Both the position numbers and the translations under genes were made by a program. A stretch of 64,000 bases of DNA, taken from Eledone cirrhosa (lineage: Eukaryota). Under the pieces are notes generated by a model. It did no database searches and was not told where the DNA came from. It saw only the letters and a list, made by a program, of their open reading frames with translations. The DNA lies in assembly GCA_964016885.1 (NCBI GenBank), contig OZ024746.1, forward strand, positions 39,432,001-39,496,000, given 5' to 3'. Numbering within the stretch: the first letter of the stretch is position 1; every line of letters begins with the position of its first letter. Positions 25,516 to 39,910 of the stretch are shown in pieces.

Positions 25516-27545
25516 TTCTCTATATCTCTTTCTCATTTCCGCTCTCTCACTTTCTATCTTTCTCTGGAAGGAATCTGCTCTACTCAGGCCTGGAGAGAGA
25601 GATGGGCCCTGCCAGGCTTAAAATACACAAGAAACGCTGTCTGTCAATATGGCGCCCCTACGACTCTTATGGGACCATACATACATTTATTCACCTTCCT
25701 TCCTTTCCCTCTCTTCCAGTTTTCCTTTTTACCCGTCTTAGACATCAGTTCTCATTCTCATCTTCTTTCCCTTCTCTTCACTATACTCCTTCATTTCTTC
25801 TCTTTCTTCAAGCCCCCTCATTGATTTTCTTTATTTTTCCTCTTTACAGCCCTCCTCACGTCTCGCACTCCATAACAATTTCTTCTCTCTTTGCTTTTTT
25901 CTACTTCACTTTCGTCTCAATATTATCTTTTTTCTCGTCTTCTTTCTTCACAACCACTCTCTCGTCTACCATATCGGCACCATCTCTCTTTCCTTCTCTC
26001 TCTCTTTCTCTCTCTCCCTTTCTCTCTCTCTTTCTTGCTCCCTCTCTCTCACTCCCTAATCTATCTTCCCTGTTATATTTTAACCGACTATAATATGCAA
26101 TACACTTAATATACAATACAATATACAATACACTTGACTTTATCTACTCTCACCACCATTAAATTTTTCTTCATTCATACGGCGCATTATTTCTATAGCA
26201 ACTATCTCTAGACAGACATACTTGAATTCACCTTCATTTATGCCTATCATACTTGCACATAATATTGTTATTTTGCTCTTGTATGATAATTATAGTTTCA
26301 GTGACGTTAGCTTATTAATCGTAGCATTTCCTTCGTATTTTTTCTCCTTCGCATTCTTTTCATTATTTATTTCTTGCTGCTGTTCTTTTTTGTTTTGCCT
26401 TCTATAATTTTGTCCTTAGTCCACTTTAGCGTTGTGGCGACATGATTTTCTTAAACAATGCAGTAATGAAACCTAATAGGAGGTCTTGAACTTGAGACTG
26501 CAAACTAACAACTCTCTAATTATACAGTTTTTCTACTCTTTACAATGATAAGCTGCACATACGTTTGTTGAAGTATATTTACTGCTTGAATATACACCAA
26601 AAATTGACCACAAATTATCTTTATCATGGACACAATGCAGAACAAGTAACAGGATAGAAATAACTGCTGAAAAGTGGTCGCAAACATGGCGGCCAGTTTC
26701 ACTCAGAAACGAGTAAAGAGAAAGCTGATACTGAAAGGTCAGACTAAAAGAAGTTAACGTCTATATCGCTTCGGTGGTGTACTACAACCTGGTCATCATA
26801 ACTTGTTTCAGGAAATAATTGACCAGATAGGAGTGTGTGCTCTTTCATTAATTGTGGAAAGGACAAGTTCCGCCAGTCAGGAGGTCTATCTGTTTCCAAC
26901 ACCCACTACGAGGTGCATGCGCAGGTATGTGCCGAGGCTGACTTCTCGGCAGAGATTCTTAGACAACGATAACACACTTTTTCGCAGCTCCACTCTTTGC
27001 CTATGCTATAATGCAGGGTGAAGCGTAAAGCTCTGGTTTTTCTGGGGTTTAAATGTTTTGTTTACACAGTGAAATTATATAGAATCTTATACCAGACACA
27101 TTTGAAAACAGTTTCTGATTGGTGATAGTAGCATTTATATTTACTTTGAGCCCAAATTTCCGACTAATCTCTCAATGTATCGTTGTGATATTGTTTCTAC
27201 CACTTTATTACATTCTTACACTAAATGATTGACACTTTCGTTTACTTAGCCACAGATTCGACACTTACTATTTTACTAGCTTCTGTCACTTTTATTTTAA
27301 CATGTTTACTTTTTCTAATCACCTGTTCTTGTGAAGTCACCATTAAGTTATCTGCCTTTGTTTCTTTCACTTAAGTCTATTGTTTAGTTTGTAATCCTTT
27401 TCAGTTTCTGTGCATTCATCATGGACTTTCCTCATTGCAAATATAAGCTTGTCTTCATTTCACTTACCTCTCTAGTTTTCTCATTGTCAAGTAAACTGCG
27501 CCTGCTACTTTCATTAGTAATATTTTCCCTCTCTTTTCCCTTGTA

Positions 27546-28140
27546 TACAGTGTACCCCTGGCATTCGCGGTCCCAGTTATTCACGGAATTTTCCTTAGAA
27601 ACTAATTAATAATTGTTCGGGATGTTCTTTGACTCGGATAGAACTTCCTTCCAAACTGCATTTGAGTAGTTTATAGTGATTCTTTTCCGAGTGATATCAA
27701 TAAAATGGACGGCACTTAATATATTAAATAACTTCCAGTAATCTTTTAGTCATATTATGGTTTGAATTTAATATATTTACCATTTTCTCAAACGATTCTC
27801 CCCAGGTAATGCGCTTTGAAAGTTGATAGTTCGTCCTGATAAATCGACTGGAGAACAGATGTGTCTGTAGCGATATAAGCTACGTTTACATTAACCTTCG
27901 TTTGAATTTCATACATTTCATTTAGTGGATGACCAGGAGCGTCGGGATGTTTTTCTGGTTCAACTCTTCTACCCACAATCTTAATAACTTCTTTTATTCC
28001 ATTAAGTTGCCACGAGAATATCTCATTTGCGTCGAACTAATTCCGGTGAAAAATGAAAATCATATCGTCCTTGTTGGTTTTATTGGCAATACTAGCAACA
28101 TGATCACCCCCAAAGCTATGAGCTATAAATAAGTCTTGAA
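27546..28140 (-). mobile_element. pogo/Tigger-type transposase remnant
   Basis: Peptide DAPGHP...VAYIATDTSVLQSIYQDELSTFKAHYL matches the DDE_1 pattern DNAPGHP...NTTS.LQP.DQG.I..FK..Y; TA-CAGTGTACCCC TIR-like end at ~27546. Confidence 0.6.
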
Positions 28141-28433
28141 ATAAATACTTTAAGCTGTGATCATGTCACAGCTCTCGCAGTAGTCATATCAGAACGCCAT
28201 ACATTAGTGTTTTAGTATGTTTAATTATATAATTATAGACAAGATTTGCTTTCATTGCATTGCCTTAAATTGTTCCAAAGGATTTGGATTGTCCAAGACT
28301 ATAAAAGTTCTCTCGCCTTTTATTTTCATCACCTGATCAACCCTAAAATGAGTTTCGGGTATGAAATCGAAAAGTTAATCAATTTATTTAAAATTTTTCT
28401 ACATGCCTTATTTAAAGTGAAAGACTTCAAGCA

Positions 28434-28550
<117 letters not shown>

Positions 28551-28572
28551 CTGTTATATCTACTTTCTCCGA

Positions 28573-28680
28573 AATAATTGTTTCTATTTTAGGCACAAGG
28601 CCAGCAATTACCCAGTGCATTACTGGTACTTTATTTTATCGACCCCGTAAGGATGAAAGGCAAAGTCAACCTCGGCGAAA
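28573..28680 (-). mobile_element. SINE 3' half
   Basis: Reverse complement of the family body and tail. Confidence 0.8.
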
Positions 28681-28820
28681 TAATATTGTATAGAATGATT
28701 TCATCATATGTACTTAGCGGATTGCAATCAGTCGTATCATCTTCTGAAAAATCAATATGGCGTCAAAGTGATGGGTTCGGGCATAAAGAACGTCAGTTCT
28801 TTTGTGGTCATGTTGAAAGA

Positions 28821-28963
<143 letters not shown>

Positions 28964-29867
28964 TCATATATAACGTATGTCTACGAATACACTTCGTAGT
29001 CGGAATGATATGAGTGCTTGTCTTTTTGATGATCAGCCAAAATAGCCGCAAAATATGTTTTTTTTTTTATACGAATAGAATAATGATGTTTTTTTTTATA
29101 GTTGTTTAATTTTCACAGCGATGCTTATATTACCTTAGATTCACGTATATACGCTGTGAAGTGTATAAACTGTTGTTATTTAATTAATTATATCTATCAC
29201 TGACTACTATGCCAGTTAGACTAGCCCTTACAGTAAAGTACTGATTTGTGTTTGAAATAAATACCATTTAACTGTAAATATTTTTCGTACATGGAATGAT
29301 AAAGGTGCCTGTTTCTAGATGATTGACCAAATAGCGAAGAGACACGTAGAAATAATACGCAATACCTCCGCTCATAAGTTAGTATCCCTGTATATGGAGA
29401 GGCGCAATACAGAGGCATAACCTACGAAATCGACCCTTTGGTCATAGTTGCCTTTTTTAAATATGAGTATGTAGGGTATGTAATAAGTACCAAAGTAAGG
29501 AGAAATTATATGTAAACGATAGGAGGGTGGTCATTATTACAAGTACCCATGATCTCCCACCACCAAAAAGCTTTTCCAGAACTCTGGCAGGCTATATGTG
29601 CAGAGTAAAAAAAGCCCAGTTGTTACACTTGTGACAGCAAAAACTGTTCGAAGGCTTTCTGTCATGAGGAGTTGAAAACAAAACCAAGAAATGAGCAAGT
29701 TTCTGTGACTACTGTTTCTCTAGCACTATCAGTCACATCACCAGTTCCATTTCATGAAAATTGACTTCTTACTTGGTCCCGGAAATGGACAGTGCTGAAG
29801 TACTTCGTAATCCCGAGGTGAAAAAAGCCGAAAATCTTCCTCACAAACGCACCACCTCAACTAATGG

Positions 29868-30037
29868 TAATAATTGTTTCTAATTTTGGCACAAGGTCAG
29901 CAATTATTCCAGTGCATTACTGGTACTTTATTTTATCGACCCCGTAAGGATGAAAGGCAAAGTTAACCTCGGCGGGATTTGAACTCAGACCATAAAGGGC
30001 CGTAACTCTTTGCTGCTAAGCATGGCGTCCGATCCTC
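29868..30037 (-). mobile_element. tRNA-derived SINE
   Basis: Reverse complement of the 33682 family incl. B box (GATTTGAACTC on +). Confidence 0.85.
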
Positions 30038-30091
30038 TAATGAAGAGGAAATGGAAGTTGAAGAAAGCGGTCAGACTTCATATTGTTTTAT

Positions 30092-30280
30092 CGTTAGATC
30101 ATCGGATAAAATGCTTCGCAGTATTTGCTCCTGCTCTTTACATTCTGAATTCAAATCATGCCGAGGTCAACGTTGCTTCTCATTCTTCTGGGTTCATTAA
30201 AATAAAATACTGGGTCAATATACTCGATTTTCACATTCCAAACATTACTGGGCTTATGCCTAAATTAGAAACCATTATTT
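30092..30280 (+). mobile_element. tRNA-derived SINE, diverged
   Basis: TTCTGAATTCAAATCATGCCGAGGTCAAC...TGCCTAAATTAGAAACCATTATT. Confidence 0.65.
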
Positions 30281-33181
30281 TCTGTAAAGCTTCTTTGTCT
30301 TTTAACTATAATGATAGCGAATTTATAAATTGTTTCATGTACTACGAGATCATAAATCACGAAAATTTTATTTTGAGAATTTAGCACCAACATCTTGTGG
30401 TAGAATATTCCATCATGGTACGCTGGATGCCATACTTTTAGGGGTAGCGGATGGAAAAGTAAATAGAGTGGTAGATGAATGAATTAAATTCAATTGACTA
30501 CACTACTTTCTTTGAGCCTATAAAGTAAACGGTACTTATAATATTGCATCTAATGTACCTTACTGTATTTAGTCACATCACATTCCATTCTAAATTCAAA
30601 TACTGATGACGATCAGACGTTAACTTAACCATCCATCTCTTCATAGAAAAAAGAAATTGGGAAGAGTGCCTCCCACCTGAGGAAGGAACACCGCCAAGTG
30701 GAGTGGTTGGTGCAGTTGATGTCGCCGGCTGTTCACCATAGCAATGCGTTCGCCATTTGTTCCGAGAAGTCTGTCCATCACTATCGTTACGCTATTTAAT
30801 GTTTTCTCTTACTTTTTCTTTTTCTTTATTGCACACATCATATGAAGCGATTGGAATTTGTTGAATAAAATAATTCTTTAAACGAAGATATTACAATTAC
30901 TAATAAACAATAGCAAACTGAATAAATACTATTCAATCGTCTGCGAGAGTCCTACAATATTTCATTCCCTTTAGAAGCCCAATTTCTTTGTGATAGATAG
31001 ACACTTTTGAATATTTTTAGGGAGAGAACAAAAAAATAAAGAAGAAAGTATCGTTGGTGTTGCTTTATTTGTCATACTGTTCCGTAGACCTCCTAAAATA
31101 AACAGAGTTAACTTACAGTGAAATATCTGCTACCTAAGAGCTTAACCGTTTCACATTGGATGTTAACTTTATATAAAATGATTGATAACCACAGTAAGAA
31201 ATTTGAAATTCTATATGTCTCATGTAACTAATTTCTTTTATTAGACATGTCATTAATTACTGAACTATAGGTATGAAATTATAAAGATGGGTAGTTAAGC
31301 GCATCTGCTCATTACTTCTATGTCCCTGACTAAAATTATGATGACAATATTACAATAAGATTATTCAGTAACGCCAAATTAACATATAACTGTAAAGATC
31401 TCATTTACAATGATTTCACACGAAACTTGATTTTAAAAAAAGTCTTAAACAATTGCGTGGGAATTAGTAATTATTTGTTATAAATTACTCATATGGCGAC
31501 AAATTTGTACAATACATTACTGTAATATAATTATTGTAATATAATTACTGTAATATATGATATCTTAGCTATATATCATTGTCAACAGGAGTAACACTAA
31601 GTTTCAGATATTAATAACTAAAACATTAGACACTATAATTAGAAATACGACAAAATAGCAAAATATTTCCAGTACTAAATATTGATTCTTGTAAATAGTA
31701 TGTACATTTTAAATCAATATATGTGATAACGAAATGGTCGCGTGGATAATTTATGACAATTAGTTTCGTTATATAATTCCATATATATATATATATATAA
31801 ATATAAATTAGCGAGAATCGTATTTCAGCTCAGGAATTAACGAAAAACAACTTCCGAGATGTGTGGCAAGCGCTCGATGATTCATATGAATCAGAGCTAC
31901 AACATACGTTAAAGGCCAAACACACCGAGATGGTGGTTAAACTAATCATCCGCACAGTTTCATTGATACAGTAGTAATTTAAAATTGGCTGAGGTTGTTC
32001 TCAGCCGTTGTAGATTTTGTTGTAGACGGGCTGCAGAACTGAATATATTCATTTATATATGTATATATTTATATATTGCATTTTAAAAACTAGTTCCGTA
32101 TATATTGCATTTGTTATCCAGTGTCTTATGGCTTCTATTCCTTTATCATTACGGAATAGATACCAGATTCTCTAGGATTGTTACTTGCCATAGTCCAAAA
32201 ATCTATCCAGCGTGTAGATTCATTATTCATCTACTTCATATGAGTATCTTAAGTGAATACCGACCTTATAACCATATATGGCCCATGAAGACATCATCCG
32301 GTCAATGAATTCATACAGTGTTGTATGCACAGTGAGTCATGTTCATTCACTTGTCATCAATGGTCGCTGTGAATGTGAAAAAGGGATGAAAGTTATAACT
32401 GTTAGTTTCCCTTCCTCTAAATCCGAAGTAAGTTATTGCAATACTATCGTTTGATTTTCCCGCTTATTCATATAAATATGGATTTATGAATATTTGAAAC
32501 CAAATACATTTTTGGGGTTTTGTACACATAGCTGCGTTAAGGCTTGTAATTCTATTAAATTTGAGATGCAGACACGTTTAGACAATTTAAAGCACTGATA
32601 GTATTTAGGGGAGTTTGTTAATTAGTGGGATGTCTATTTTTCTATATATATTCAAAGAAGAACTTTAAAAACAATTCATTCAACAACTGGTCAAGTTTAA
32701 AGAATGTAATACAGTTTACCTTGAAGAGAAATATGAATCCTATTAAATGTACTTTCCAACAAGACAGAAGGACATTACATATTAAAGGAGAAGAGGCTTA
32801 GAAAACGCAGTTGCGGTTAATACGTAAATTAACAATATGCACATAAACTGAACAAAGACTGTGTTACACTTTCTTCTGTAATCAGAAAAGTAATCCATGA
32901 TACATTAAAAAAAAAGGCGATAATGGAGATGGAAAAGCGACGAAACTGTTGACGGAAAATTTTCATGAATCTTCACTTGAAGCTTCAAGCAGGGAATTTG
33001 AAAATGCTGCTGGTATGAATGAATGAATTACATTTACCAATATGAAGAGTTGACCTTCGCTATATTGTTGTTTTACTGTATTCACATATAGACTTCTTAA
33101 GTTTTTGTAGTGTCCCTTTTCTAGCAGTTAAAAAGTAACTGAAATGCATTTCAACTAAAAGAGAGTGATAGCTGTTTCACA

Positions 33182-36100
33182 TCACTGTAGAATTTCTTTG
33201 TAGACACGTCAGCAAACAGACCCCTTTCATTTAATATTTTTATATTCTCTTTTTTTTTTGTAGCTCGTGATAATACAACATACATCTGACCATGTGAGAA
33301 GAATTGTGTTGGCAGATATACACCTAACCTATCTTTTCAAATGTCTGCCCTTGTGCCTTGTTGCATGTAAGGGCAAAGGCTGGTTTGACAGGAAATTGCT
33401 TGCGAGTAAAGGTGAAAGGGAACTCAAGCTCTCGAGATACATGTGGTATCCTTGGGATTAGCAACCTTGTTCCAGCATTGGGACCCAATGCCACTTCAGC
33501 TTCAATTACATGATTATGTAAACTGATGATGATGTAGCGTGTACCATTGCGATACCCGTTTAGAGAATCCAGATTTCTCAGAAGCATGATGCAACTGCCT
33601 TTCTTCAGTTTAAGTATGTATGTTGGGAAGCCTGATGGGGTACGTTTGTTGATGAACTCAATTGGATATTGCAGTTCATTTTGGCAGTATCGGTAGAGGG
33701 TCGGACGCCATGTTTTGACGCATAGAGTTACGGCCCTTGCCATTCTGAGTTCAAATTCCGCCGAGGTTAACTTTGCCTTTCATCCTTACGGGGTCGATAA
33801 AATAAAGTACCAGTAATGTACTGGGTAATTGCTAGCCTTGTGCCAATATTAGAAACAATTATTTACTGTATCAGAGCTTCTGTAGATTATTTCATGACCA
33901 GGGAACTTGTTGACCATGAACTCATTCACCAATCTTGCATCATTTGTTGGAGTGATAATTGCTCTATTTGCAAGCCATAGTGGGTTTGTGTAGTTTCCTG
34001 GAAGATTTGTATATACAAAATCACACAGTCCAGGCACATTACCATATTCCAGACAAAGTTCATTCGGCAGAAGAATTGTGAATGCACCTACAGTTGAAAC
34101 AGTTGGAATGTAACCATTTCCCACATCAAGAAGGTAGTTTGCAAACTGTCTTTCATCAGAATCCTCTGCATTAATTAACCGTTGATTGGTTGTCATCTCC
34201 ATGGTTTCCCCATAGTCCCACCAGAGATAGGATATCTTGATGGTTGCCTCAACTATTTGTGGTCTAGCACCATGACGTACAACTGAAAGAATTTGCTTCC
34301 AGTCACCAGATAGTAATACTGTTAGACCACCAAATGGCTTTTTGCAATCTCGTACATCTTTGAAGCTCCTGTCAAGGCACTCAAATATTCAGATATGCTT
34401 ATGTCCCATACCTATCTCATCAGTGATTAGCAGGTCAGCTTGCTGCATAAGTTTACCTGTGCCATCCCTCTTTGTGAAGAAGCAGGTTGATTCAGCAGTC
34501 ACATTGAATTGAGAGGAATCTTGCACTTGGAATGAAGAGTTCTACCTTTGTGAAGCAAAGTGGCTGCTATTCCATATATGGCAGTGGCAAGTGCAATTTT
34601 CTTTTTTAGATCGGAGGTAATCCAATAGGATGTTTATGACATAGGTCTTTCCTGTACCTGCACTTGCATTCAAGCAGAAAATTCTGCCTTCATTTTCATT
34701 GACAGAGGTGATTACTTTGTGAAAAATAACCAGTTGCTCAGGATTCAATGTTGGCAGAAGTTCATTTAGGTTTGCTTGCAGTTGGTATGTATTGAAATCA
34801 GTTTCTGCCATAAGAACCCTGTTGAATTCTGGTATGGCAACAATAGTTGGGTCTGGCCGAGAAAGTCCATAGTTGGCATGAATGTCCAAGCCATCCTGTT
34901 GAAGTCTTTGTTCGATCTTCTGTAGAACAATCTACATGGTTTGCTTGGACATGACTTGCATGATATCCTCTGCAAGACAATTCTTCCATTTCTCCCAGAA
35001 CTGCAGAGGGTCATTTGGCATGCTGTACAATAAAATGGTGCAGAAGATCTCTCGCAGCTGAGGACCAAGCGTAATGGATGAGGCCTCTTCCATAGCTTTG
35101 TCTTTTTCTCCATCTTCATCTAACAGACCAAGTATCCTGCATGCTTCTTGGAATGTTGGAAATTCAACTCCTTCAATTGTCCTCAAATCTTTGTATGAAG
35201 TTGCCCTAGCCTGGTGATGTAGGTTCATCCTGAGGTAATATCCTTCAGATTGATGTCTACTGGGAGATACTGTTGGAATAAGTCCAAGAGATTCACTCAT
35301 AAATTGTTGATCACCCTCCAGATGACCCTTTTTTCTTCTTTGCCACTTTTTGTTTGTCCAAGTGAAATATTTAGGAATATCAATATACAATATGTTTTGT
35401 GCCAGTGGGTCTCTAATATTCAGTTGAAAATATTCCGTCAACTGAGTCATTGGCTGTCCCCTAGAAACAATACTTTCTTCCTGCCCTCGCTCATACATGA
35501 TCATTTGTTCCCCAGGTAAAGGCAACTTTTCAACTGGCGGTTTTCGATGATATAATGGAAATTTATAGATTCTCCAGAATGCTTCACTGGCTGAGATGTA
35601 CCGTGCATTGATATAGGTCTCAATCTCATTGTGGGCATGGACACAATTTCCTTGATCATCCTTAATAGTGAAAGTGATCTTGTCTGATCCATTTGTGATG
35701 TACTTATATAAGTACTTAACGGCCTTGACACTGGACAACCTCACAATTGATGTGGCACTGATATCTCAATGAGAGGAAAGGGTTGTATGGAACAATCCAA
35801 CGATTATCAACAGTAAATTCTTGACCTTTAAATTGGATTGTATGGGTGTGACCACCATGCTGTCTATCCCTTCTTCTATACTCCGGAAAGGAATTTTCGG
35901 CAACAAATGTGGTTTGTCTGAATGCCTTGGGATAACTTTTTGAGTAATGGCGTTGTTGTCCTAGCCCTTCCATACATGAGCACAGCATATTAGCTTGTCC
36001 ACATGGGCCATGAATATTGCAGGATGTGATGATCTTATGCAGAATTGGATTGGTCTCTTTATCAGAAATCTCACAGTACACTGCTTGATCAATGGCATCA

Positions 36101-36434
36101 GCAGTTTTGGGCTTGCTATCTTCAGCCATTATCAGCAGAATATGAGCATGAGTGAGGCCTCGTTTTCTGCCACTCTATTGTAGCAGAATGAACCACAACT
36201 TTTCCTATGACATTTCTTTCCAGTATGTCATCCATGAGGCTGTCATGAAGACTCTTGCACAAATATCAGGACAGGGTGCAAACTATTTTTTATTTCATCC
36301 CAGTTAGGGTTAGTTGTTACCGCGATGAAATAAGATGGCTTTTCCTATGTGTCGAACCACAGTCATCGAATTCTGAAAGCACTCACTGTAGAAGCGAGGG
36401 GAACCATAGATTGAAGGAGGAAGAACAATTCTCC
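33182..36434 (-). pseudogene. Decayed Helitron Rep-helicase (HUH Rep + PIF1 helicase), many frameshifts
   Basis: IVLPPSIYGSPRFY..TTNPNWDEI (Rep motif 1), frameshifted EWQKRGLTHAHILL (HUH), HGPCG, VDNRWIVPYNPFLS, KYLYKYITNG, RYISASEAFWRI, Walker A NASAGTGKTY, LLSGDWKQIL, RKQFPVKPAFALTCNKAQGQT, VYKEIL*. Confidence 0.92.
33682..33860 (+). mobile_element. Young tRNA-derived SINE inserted in the Helitron helicase
   Basis: A box TGGCAGTATCGG, B box GAGTTCAAATTC; near identical to 63785-63954; possible ATTT duplication; interrupts ...SSDTVN/NELQYP... Confidence 0.9.
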
Positions 36435-36949
36435 GGCCTGCACTTGTTTCAGACGTTAGACTGTGCCCATGCTGGGGTACCACGATTAAAGGATTTTCTT
36501 GACCTCAATTCCAGTACATATATTTTAAAATCTAGTACTTATTTTATTGATCTCTTCTATTCTCTTTGAAACGTGTGTGTTTGTGTGTCTATGTGTTCAT
36601 ATGTATGATGGTACCCTATCACTTGCGACGAGGATTCTTACAGCTAGGTTTCTCAAATGGAACTGCCTGAAATTAAGGTGAGAGTGTCTGAGCATGCCAT
36701 AGACACGTATAACAGAGGGTTTCAGGGTGGGACTACATTGATTCTTCGACTTACTGGCAGAGTACACATATTTTCAGTGGAGAGAAGAAAGGCGAAATAA
36801 AGTGTCTTGCTCAAGAACACAACGCAATGATGCGATTCGAACTCTCAACATTACAATCACGAGACACACACACGGACATAAACGCACACACATATGCACA
36901 TATACACAGATACAGTAACACACATATGCACACACACACAAGCAAACAG

Positions 36950-36986
<37 letters not shown>

Positions 36987-37177
36987 TACACATAAACACT
37001 TATGCACTTACACACAGATACACACATATACACATACATAAACACATCACACATACATACACACATACATACATATACATACATATGAGTCTATGTACTT
37101 ATGCAATGGTAAAAAGAATATACACCTGTGGATTGAATCATTGGTACTGTAGTAAATTATCCTTTCCTTATTTCCAC

Positions 37178-37775
37178 ATCTTCGCGCATGAGCACTTCGG
37201 ACCAGCCTTCGCGCTTACGCACTTCGGACCAGCCTTCGCGCATGCGTAGTACCGACCAGCCTTCGCGCATGCGCAGTACGGACCATCCTTCGCGCATGCG
37301 CTTCGGACCAGCCTTTGCGCATGCGCAGTCCGACCATCCTTCGCGCATGCGCAGTACAGACCATCCTTCGCGCATGCGCAGTACGGAACAGCCTTCGCAC
37401 ATGCGCAGTACAGAACAGGCCTCGCGCATGCGCAGTACAGACCAGCCTTCGAGCATGCGCAGTACGGACCATCCTTCGCGCATGCGCTTCGGACCAGCCT
37501 TTGCGCATGCGCAGTCCGACCATCCTTCGCGCATGCGCAGTACAGACCATCCTTCGCGCATGCGCAGTACGGAACAGCCTTCGCGCATGTGCAGTACGGA
37601 ACAGCCAGCGCGCATGCGCAGTACAGACCAGCCTTCGTGCATGCGCAGTACGGACAAGCCTTCGCACATGCGCACTTCGGGCCAGCCTTCGCGCATGCGC
37701 ACTTCGGGTCAACCTTCGCGGTTGCGCAGTACGGACCAGACCTCGCGCATGCGCACTTCGGACCAGACTTCGCCT
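37178..37775. repeat. 27-bp CpG-rich minisatellite, ~22 units, core GCGCATGCGC
   Basis: Unit GCGCATGCGCAGTACGGACCA(G/T)CCTTC; block of variant units repeated at a 186-bp offset (37265 and 37451). Confidence 0.95.
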
Positions 37776-37804
37776 ATATTTATGTTTATGTATGAATAGA
37801 TATA

Positions 37805-37806
<2 letters not shown>

Positions 37807-37867
<61 letters not shown>
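37807..37867. repeat. (TG)n microsatellite
   Basis: Read directly. Confidence 0.95.
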
Positions 37868-37869
<2 letters not shown>

Positions 37870-39744
37870 GTTAGATGTATTATTGTATAATCGACTTTTA
37901 CCAGACCTGTCAACTCTCCCTGTCTGGTGGGGAGATCTCCCACCCACTTTGGGGTGGGTGAGAGATGTCTTCTCTTGTGAAAATGGGTATAGTTTTCATT
38001 ATGAAAAATCGCCCCATCTTGCCTCATTTCTCAGTGTTTTGTCACAATTTCTTTCATGGTACTGCGCGTTTGGGATTTTAAAGGGTGACAGGTCTGCTTT
38101 TACCTTACCTCAAATTGTTGGCCTTGTGCCTACGCTAAAAAAGAATTTGTAGTAGAAACACCATCATTCAGGCAGCGTTTCTCCTAGTTTATGTTATACA
38201 TATATATTTATTTAAATATATATATATATATAGCACATAAAATATGTGGTATATATATATATATTGATAAGACAACATTGTACAATGTATCCTTTCTTAA
38301 ATAAATAAAAAAAAATTGAAATTTATCGAATAGTGAAATATGAAAGTATTTTGATACATTCTCCTTGCTATACGTGTTTGATATATATATACATATATAT
38401 ATTGTCACTACAGTGGAAATTATATCAGTGGGCGGAAGAGACAAAGGAATGAATTTAAGTTTACAGACTAGGACAGGAAATGGTAGAGGAAGAGATCGCA
38501 GTGAAAGAAAGCTTTATAGTGAGAGCTATGGCTTTCGAAGAAAGGGAAAAAAAGAGCACATTTTCATTCAAATTGGAATTTTAAAGATTTTACTATCTTT
38601 TTAGATTAATCTAAAAAGTCGTTAAGGTGTTTGTTACATATAAGCATATACTTACATTAGGATCATTAAATGTAATATTTGATTATAAATACTATAATAA
38701 TTTCTTGCTGTGATTCTATTCATATAAAAGAAAGGTACTTTAACTACAACTTGATTTAATTTGAACATCATTAGAGACTACCTTAAAATTCGGTCTGTCA
38801 AAGATTATATAAACAAATTTATATGTAATCATTGAAGTGCTATTCATTCCCATGCTAATTAGACACAGAAGTTTACCTTTGTTGTTATTATTAATAGAAT
38901 GAGTATGTATACCTATTGTCAATAGAAAACACTACCTCTAATTAATAAAGGTATCTAACTTCCATTAAGAATACTTGATAAATTTCCAAAACATATAATT
39001 TATACAAATCCCATTAAGTAACTATGGAATTTTCATGCGCTAATCAAAGCTGAATTCCAGAATTAATAGGTTTTGTAGGTATCAATTTCAGAGTGTTGGT
39101 GTACTGGGTATCTAAATATTATAGATTCTACAATATATAACGACGTAACACTGTGAACATGCTTGTTAATAGCATTAGTGGATCTAGCTAACAAGGGAGA
39201 TCCAGCTAACTTGCGAGAAATAGCAGCCAATCCCCTCAAATTACATAACATCCCAATGCCATCTAATAAAAGAAGGTTATATTGATCAACCTAATATAGA
39301 CATGCAAAAAATACGTGGCAATCACAGTGAGAGAGCATTTAATCATACACCTGCTCGGTGGGAACTGGCCCGGAGCGAAAAAACAAAATCTAGTGGATGA
39401 ATATTCATAACTAACATATTTTGCTTGTGGAGAAAACGAAATAAAGACTGTAATGCTATTCAATAGTCTGGTAGTAAAATGTATCAATGTGAAACAGAGA
39501 AAAGAAACATAGCTCACAGTGTTTCTTCAGGACTAAATATTGTGGGACTTTTAGACAATAAAGCAAAGCGGTAATTTAAAAGTTTTAGGGGAGCTTATAA
39601 AAAAGCTATAAATTATTCAATAAATCATTTGTCTTTGCATGTACGTATTTAAGATGCTAATAAAACGCCTAACATAAATATTGGCATATAATATATCTTG
39701 CTTTCGTATGTTAAGACCTTTGCTTATTATATAGTATTCAACGA

Positions 39745-39910
39745 GGGCCGTGGATTGACAGAGTCAAGCAGAATGATTTGTGGCAAATTCTGCCATGGTC
39801 AACTTCGCTCTTCATCTTTCCGTGGTCGATAAAATAAAATACCAGATGTGTGCTGGGGTTAACATAATCAACATTTCTTCTCCCCAAATTTGCTGAACTT
39901 CTGCCAATGT
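39745..39910 (+). mobile_element. SINE, diverged
   Basis: CAAATTCTGCCATGGTCAACTTCG...GTCGATAAAATAAAATACCAG. Confidence 0.6.

Noticed and set aside
29221-29870. Possible piggyBac or other transposase remnant
   Set aside because: Only vague similarity; no catalytic motif or termini could be identified.
33324-33743. 139-aa ORF as a standalone gene
   Set aside because: Chimeric frame: antisense SINE sequence fused to the Helitron helicase C-terminus.
33682-33760. SINE heads as tRNA genes
   Set aside because: A and B boxes are present but there is no cloverleaf, and they are fused to a repeated body.
37157-38027. Overlapping 180-270 aa repetitive ORFs, or a CRISPR-like array
   Set aside because: By-product of a 27-bp tandem unit open in several frames; no unique spacers and no cas genes.
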